Positions 33,093 to 37,315 of a DNA stretch of 37,315 nt are shown here, one piece after another. A program made the translations under genes and the position numbers. Below the pieces are notes generated by a model. That model saw only the letters and a list, made by a program, of their open reading frames with translations. It was not told the origin of the DNA and searched no databases. Source of the stretch: a bacterium (GTDB taxonomy: Bacteria > Pseudomonadota > Alphaproteobacteria > Rs-D84); the NCBI GenBank assembly GCA_014802705.1, contig JAAVBR010000007.1, positions 1-37,315 on the forward strand. The letters are read 5' to 3'. Position 1 is the first letter of the stretch. Every line of letters starts with the position of its first letter.

Positions 33093-33706
33093 TGAAAAAA
33101 ATAATCGCATTGCTGGTGGCGGTGTTTGTGGGGGGCGGCGCGTTTGCCGCGGTGGATTCTGCCCTGGTGGGGCGGGCCGAAGATTACCTGAATGGGGTGA
33201 CGGGCCTGACCGGGGATTTTGTTCAAACGTCAAACGGGAAATCCGAACAGGGAACCTTTTCCATGTATCGGCCCGGACGTGTGCGATTGGATTACAAAAA
33301 ATTGCCGATCCAATTGATTTCGGACGGATCGGATTTATATTTTTTTGATCGATCCCTGGATCAAATCACGACGGTCCCGTTGACCAGTACGCCGGCCGGC
33401 ATTTTGGTGCGAAAAAACATCAATCTGCAAAATGCCGATATTGTGGTGTCCGATACGGCGCAAACGGATCAGACATTTTCATTGACCATGCACCTGCGGG
33501 ATCAAGAGGGGGTCGGCAACATGACCGTTGTCTTTGATCAAAAACCGGTGAAATTAAAGTCATGGACCGTGGTGGATGCGACCGGCAACCGGACGGACGT
33601 GGCGTTCAAGAATCTGAAAACGAAAACGGATTTTGGCAAAAATTATTTCCAGATCCAGCGGCATAAAACGGTATCGACATCCGGCGGGGATGCCTATTAC
33701 GATTAA
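33092..33706 (+). CDS. lolA: LolA-family outer-membrane lipoprotein carrier protein
   Basis: Signal peptide MKKIIALLVAVFVGGGAFA. GDFVQTS..GKSEQGTFSMYRPGRVRLDY is a LolA-like pattern. Confidence 0.7.
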   Translation: MKKIIALLVAVFVGGGAFAAVDSALVGRAEDYLNGVTGLTGDFVQTSNGKSEQGTFSMYRPGRVRLDYKKLPIQLISDGSDLYFFDRSLDQITTVPLTSTPAGILVRKNINLQNADIVVSDTAQTDQTFSLTMHLRDQEGVGNMTVVFDQKPVKLKSWTVVDATGNRTDVAFKNLKTKTDFGKNYFQIQRHKTVSTSGGDAYYD

Positions 33707-33718
33707 ACGGCGAAACAC

Positions 33719-34006
33719 ATGTTCGGCATCAGTTGGGCGGAATTTTTGGTGATCTTGGTGGTGGCGATTGTCATCATTCCGGCAAAACATTGGCCGGATG
33801 TGGCGCGTATTTTGGGGCGCGCGGTGCGCTTTGTGCGGCAAATCATTTGGAAATTGTCCGATATGTCCGAACAGATTTGTCAGCAAATTGATCTGCAACA
33901 ACCCATTGATGACCTGATCCGGACGACAACAGATGATGTGTTGGATGCCTTTTCCACACGACGCCCCCCAAAAAAATCGGTGAAAAAAGCGGGGCGCCGG
34001 AAATGA
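33719..34006 (+). CDS. tatB: twin-arginine translocase subunit TatB
   Basis: MFGISWAEFLVILVVAIVIIPAKHWPDVARILGRAVRFVRQ. It lies immediately upstream of and overlapping tatC. Confidence 0.8.
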   Translation: MFGISWAEFLVILVVAIVIIPAKHWPDVARILGRAVRFVRQIIWKLSDMSEQICQQIDLQQPIDDLIRTTTDDVLDAFSTRRPPKKSVKKAGRRK

Positions 34007-34707
34007 AGAAAATGACGTGGATGCAGCATTTCGCCGAATTGCGCCGGCGCGTCCTGTGGACGGTGGCGGTGTTCGTGATCGGATTTGGGGTGGGATGGGC
34101 CGTCGCGCCGGTGGCCTTGACATGGATGACGGGGCCCTTGATGGCGGTGTGGCCGGATGGCAATTTGCTCTATACAGGTTTAACCGACGGGTTGATGGTG
34201 CGTTTTTCCCTGGCCACCTTGATCGGGTTGTTGGTGACGGCACCGATGGCGTTGGGGCAATTGTGGGCGTTTGTGGCGCCGGGGCTGCATGCGCATGAAC
34301 GGCGGGTTGTGTGGCCGATTTTGGTGTTGTCGCCCGTCCTGTTTGTCATGGGGGCGGCGTTTGCGTTTTACATTCTGTTCCCGACCGTGTTTCGATTTTT
34401 TATGGAATTAAATCTGGATGCCACGGTGCCAACAATCGTGATGCCGGTCACGCGCGATTATGTGTCGTTTGTGATCGGATTGTTAAAGGTGTTCGGCATC
34501 GCGTTTCAGTTGCCATTGCTGATGGTGTTGTTCAATCGGGCGGGGATCCTGTCGCGGGGCGCGGTGGTGCGCGCCCGCCGCTATGCGATTGTGGGGATTA
34601 TCATTGTGGCGGCCATTTTAACGCCGCCGGACGTGGTGTCGCAATTGCTGTTGGCATTGCCCCTGTGGGGATTGTTTGAGGTGGGGATTTTCTTTCTGCG
34701 GGACTGA
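34003..34707 (+). CDS. tatC: twin-arginine translocase subunit TatC
   Basis: HFAELRRRVLW and six TM segments, with ..FV.PGL...E.. and LTPPDVVSQ motifs. Confidence 0.9.
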   Translation: MKKMTWMQHFAELRRRVLWTVAVFVIGFGVGWAVAPVALTWMTGPLMAVWPDGNLLYTGLTDGLMVRFSLATLIGLLVTAPMALGQLWAFVAPGLHAHERRVVWPILVLSPVLFVMGAAFAFYILFPTVFRFFMELNLDATVPTIVMPVTRDYVSFVIGLLKVFGIAFQLPLLMVLFNRAGILSRGAVVRARRYAIVGIIIVAAILTPPDVVSQLLLALPLWGLFEVGIFFLRD

Positions 34708-34761
34708 TGCCCCGGCCACAGATTGTTTTATTTTGCGGCCCGATTATGATATAATGGGAAC

Positions 34762-36294
34762 GTGAAGAAATTCTTACAATTTTTTTCCGGTGTTTTGGGA
34801 ACGCTGTTTTTGGCGGCCGGGTGTGATTTACAGCCGCGAATTGTATCCCTGCCGGATTCGGTGGGGGACTTTATTTCCACGCGGTACCCAGCGTTGTTGG
34901 CAGACCCCGAGACTGAGGCAGAAATCTATAACTCGGCCGCGACCGACTATGGCGTGTATGCGTCGCCGGAACTCTATGGATCGGTGGAATCAGACGATTA
35001 TTTATTGTACGCCAGCGTTGATGACTATGTCCTGGGGCCGCAAGACGTGGCGGATGCCAACAATGCCCCTGTCGCGGCGGGGGAAAATGATGGGGCGGCC
35101 CCGGCGGTGTCCGCACCGGATGATGGACCGGCGCCTGTGGCCGACACACCCGGGGATCAGACGCCCGCAATGGATGAATATTTAATGGTGCCGATGTATG
35201 GCGGGACGCCCGATGCAGCGGCGGCTGCGCCGGCGCCGGATACAATCACGGTGGCGCGGGGCGACACCCTGTATTCTTTGGCCAAAAAGTATGGCACCAC
35301 GGTGGATGAATTGGCCGCCCGGAATCATTTGGCGGCCCCCTATGCCCTGCGCGTGGGCCAGAAATTGACCCTGGGGCCCGCCGTGGCGGATGCCCCGGCA
35401 TCGGTCGCGTCGGCACACACCCCGGCGCCATCGGTCAAGACAGAAACGCCGGCCGATCAAATCACCGTGCCGGCCCGCCGCACGGCAACCACCACCATGG
35501 TGGAATTGCAAGATGTGATCGTGGGACCGGGCGATACGCTGTATTCCTTGTCGCGACGCTATGCGACGCCGGTCAATGATTTGGCGGTGATGAATAAATT
35601 GTCGGCGCCGTTCACGTTGGCGGTGGGTCAAAAATTGCGCGTGCCGAAATTGGCCGGGGTGCCCGTGCACCCCGTGGTGACGCCGGTCAAATCGGATCCT
35701 GCGCCCGGGACCAAAGATGGCAAATCAGCGCCGGCGGCCCCGGCCAAAGATAGCAAGACGCCCGTGACCAAGCCCGCCGTGGCCCCGGCAAAATCAGACG
35801 CCAAACCGTCAAAGCCCGCCGTGCCTGCCGCGTCCGCGGCCCCCGCAAAACCGGCCGCGGCGCCAGCCAAAATTTCGTCCAATCCGGCCAAGAAATTACC
35901 GGCCCTGTCGGCGCGGTCGTCGTCCAAATTTGCGTGGCCGGTCCGCGGAACGATTTTGTCCCAGTTTGGGGCGAAATCCGGCGGCCTGTTTAATGATGGG
36001 ATCAATATCGCCGCGGCCCGCGGTACCGCGGTTCGGGCGGCGGAAAACGGTGTCGTGGCCTATGCCGGGAACGAGGTTAAGGGCATGGGCAACCTGGTCA
36101 TTGTGCAACACAGCGGCGGGTGGATGACGGTCTATGCCCATATGGATTCGATGGGGGTGCGCCGTGGCACGCGGGTCAATGTTGGCCAGAAGATCGGCGC
36201 CGTCGGCCAAACGGGCAAGGTCACCAAACCCCAATTGCACTTTGAAATCCGCAAGGGGACCAAAGCCTATAACCCCACGTCATATTTGAAATAA
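34762..36294 (+). CDS. LysM x2 / degenerate LytM (M23) lipoprotein, NlpD/DipM-like
   Basis: Lipobox LAAGC. Two LysM repeats (GDTLYSLAKKYG..., GDTLYSLSRRYA...). The M23 domain has its metal ligands replaced (NDGINI for HxGxD, PQLHFE for PHLHFE). GTG start. Confidence 0.85.
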   Translation: MKKFLQFFSGVLGTLFLAAGCDLQPRIVSLPDSVGDFISTRYPALLADPETEAEIYNSAATDYGVYASPELYGSVESDDYLLYASVDDYVLGPQDVADANNAPVAAGENDGAAPAVSAPDDGPAPVADTPGDQTPAMDEYLMVPMYGGTPDAAAAAPAPDTITVARGDTLYSLAKKYGTTVDELAARNHLAAPYALRVGQKLTLGPAVADAPASVASAHTPAPSVKTETPADQITVPARRTATTTMVELQDVIVGPGDTLYSLSRRYATPVNDLAVMNKLSAPFTLAVGQKLRVPKLAGVPVHPVVTPVKSDPAPGTKDGKSAPAAPAKDSKTPVTKPAVAPAKSDAKPSKPAVPAASAAPAKPAAAPAKISSNPAKKLPALSARSSSKFAWPVRGTILSQFGAKSGGLFNDGINIAAARGTAVRAAENGVVAYAGNEVKGMGNLVIVQHSGGWMTVYAHMDSMGVRRGTRVNVGQKIGAVGQTGKVTKPQLHFEIRKGTKAYNPTSYLK

Positions 36295-36327
36295 AAAAAC
36301 ACGCTATATGCCGGATTTTGTGCATAC
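36295..36327 (+). repeat. direct repeat, copy A (left flank of the GNAT gene)
   Basis: AAAAACACGCTATATGCCGGATTTTGTGCATAC compared with copy B AAAAACACGCTATGCGCCGGATTTTGTGCACAT. Confidence 0.7.
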
Positions 36328-36352
36328 AAAAAGGTAAAAAAAGGATTTTTAA

Positions 36353-36769
36353 ATGGAAATTAAAATTCGTCGTGCACAGGACGCAGATGTTAAACAGGTT
36401 ATGGCGTTGTTGCATACGACGAATCTTATAGATAAAGAAACGCCCTATAACAGTGCAGAATATTTTATGCAATCATGTCGTGATGGTGTGTTTTTGGTGG
36501 CGACATATGATGACAAAATCATAGGCATGATTCATGGCGAAATGTTGATGGGGCGTGGTTGTGTGGTGTGGTATTTTGTCGTTGATGAAAAAATGCGTGG
36601 GCATGGCATTGGTCGACAATTGTTTGGTGCCTTTGAAACCGAATGTAAATCACGTGGCGCGTCATGGTTATTTGGATCCAGTGACATCAATGCCAAGACA
36701 ATGAATTTCTATCGAAAGAACAATTGTGAATTTGATGATGCCTATATGGAATTTTGCAAAAATATTTAA
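36353..36769 (+). CDS. GNAT family N-acetyltransferase
   Basis: VVDEKMRGHGIGRQLF (the R/Q-x-x-G-x-G/A acetyl-CoA loop). 138 aa, AT-rich. Confidence 0.8.
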   Translation: MEIKIRRAQDADVKQVMALLHTTNLIDKETPYNSAEYFMQSCRDGVFLVATYDDKIIGMIHGEMLMGRGCVVWYFVVDEKMRGHGIGRQLFGAFETECKSRGASWLFGSSDINAKTMNFYRKNNCEFDDAYMEFCKNI

Positions 36770-36775
36770 TTTTAT

Positions 36776-36815
36776 AAAAAACACGCTATGCGCCGGATTT
36801 TGTGCACATAGCGTG
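36776..36815. repeat. direct repeat, copy B, which is also a bidirectional terminator hairpin
   Basis: A 9-bp stem CACGCTATG / CATAGCGTG around CGCCGGATTTTGTGCA, between convergent genes. Confidence 0.7.
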
Positions 36816-36821
36816 ATTTGA

Positions 36822-37315
36822 TCAGGGTTGATAATAGCATGTTTGACTGGCATAGGTGCCGGTTGAATCTGTCTGGATGCCAGTTAAAACATAACAGTCG
36901 GTAATGGATTGACTGTTATAACCTGAACCAGCAGTTCTGGTTGCGTCCTCTGGGCACTTTACACACGATGAGCCGTTTTTATAATAACCTAGGTCGCAAT
37001 AATTGCATGAGCTGTTGGTGTGTAGAGAATCTAAATATGTTACTGCGCCGTTGGGGTCACTCCCAATATATCCTTTGGGACAAAAAACGCATCCATAAGG
37101 ATTATAAGAGGAATTGTACATGCATTTCAGACTGCTAAAATCAATGGTTCCTTGTGAAAATGTAAATAAAGGCGCCTGGGAATAATCGACGGGGGGAACG
37201 CATTCAATACAAATATGACTAAACCCCTGTGACATCATCCATCCTAATTGAGAGGTTAGATTCGTAATGGATACAAAATTTCCGCCCAAGTAACTAAAAT
37301 CTTGTGGGACTTCGC
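36822..37315 (-). CDS. Cys-rich protein family member 4 (5' end outside window)
   Basis: The frame is open to the window edge beyond the listed TTG at 37289. The C-terminus CNYCDLGYYKNGSSCVKCPEDATRTAGSGYNSQSITDCYVLTGIQTDSTGTYASQTCYYQP matches members 1-3. Confidence 0.7.
   Translation of the reverse strand, partial: EVPQDFSYLGGNFVSITNLTSQLGWMMSQGFSHICIECVPPVDYSQAPLFTFSQGTIDFSSLKCMYNSSYNPYGCVFCPKGYIGSDPNGAVTYLDSLHTNSSCNYCDLGYYKNGSSCVKCPEDATRTAGSGYNSQSITDCYVLTGIQTDSTGTYASQTCYYQP

Noticed and set aside
34747-34764. The idea that the nlpD-like gene is a leaderless mRNA, because a -10 box ends 6 nt before its start codon
   Set aside because: The start codon is GTG, which is poorly compatible with leaderless initiation. 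The motif may not be the active promoter, so this is left as a note only.
1-37315. A window-wide scan for CRISPR arrays, IS elements or transposases, integrases, reverse transcriptases, rRNA genes and additional tRNAs
   Set aside because: No regularly spaced repeats, terminal inverted repeats with a transposase ORF, or recombinase/RT motifs were seen. Only one tRNA (Cys) was found in the intergenic regions.

Overview
About 37 kb of an alphaproteobacterium-like chromosome, judged from a Ros/MucR regulator, an RHH_4 protein, a SPOR protein, a DipM/NlpD-like LytM factor, LolA and TatABC. No BLAST, HMM or folding tool was run; every call comes from reading motifs by eye.

Most of the window is housekeeping: rarA, a ybeY-lnt single ORF, tRNA-Cys, a tolC/macA/macB-type exporter, thrS, tatA, trmB, gltX, hlyIII, dksA, trxA, sufS/DUF59/sufE, ftsL-ftsI, recJ, nrnA, lolA, tatBC and an nlpD-like gene. 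Their order is unusually scrambled. No transposase, integrase, CRISPR array or rRNA was seen.

The standout is a dispersed cassette present in three full copies (12986-13179, 16928-17130, 24217-24381):
- Each copy has a sigma70-type promoter and a roughly 100-nt leader that is nearly identical between copies.
- Each leader carries an SD-bearing mini-ORF.
- Each ends in a second, SD-less start that repeats the first 14 nt of the mini-ORF.
- Each drives a different, visibly AT-richer gene for a Cys-rich protein that starts MPNPNVGL and ends in a eukaryote-type ephrin-receptor-like (CxxCPxG) module.
- A fourth family member runs off the right edge of the window.
- One member is interrupted at a G7 homopolymer.

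Other points of interest:
- A canonical promoter plus a mini-ORF with six consecutive Thr codons lies directly upstream of a TGS-less thrS.
- Two tandem GH24-lysozyme/TPR paralogs show patchy near-identity and sit next to a zinc-ligand-poor MucR.
- YbeY and Lnt are joined in frame.
- A four-gene minus-strand operon contains a degenerate HNH-like protein, a SUKH/SMI1-KNR4-like protein and an RHH protein.
- Two small CxxC paralogs lie in tandem.
- A GNAT gene is flanked by direct repeats.
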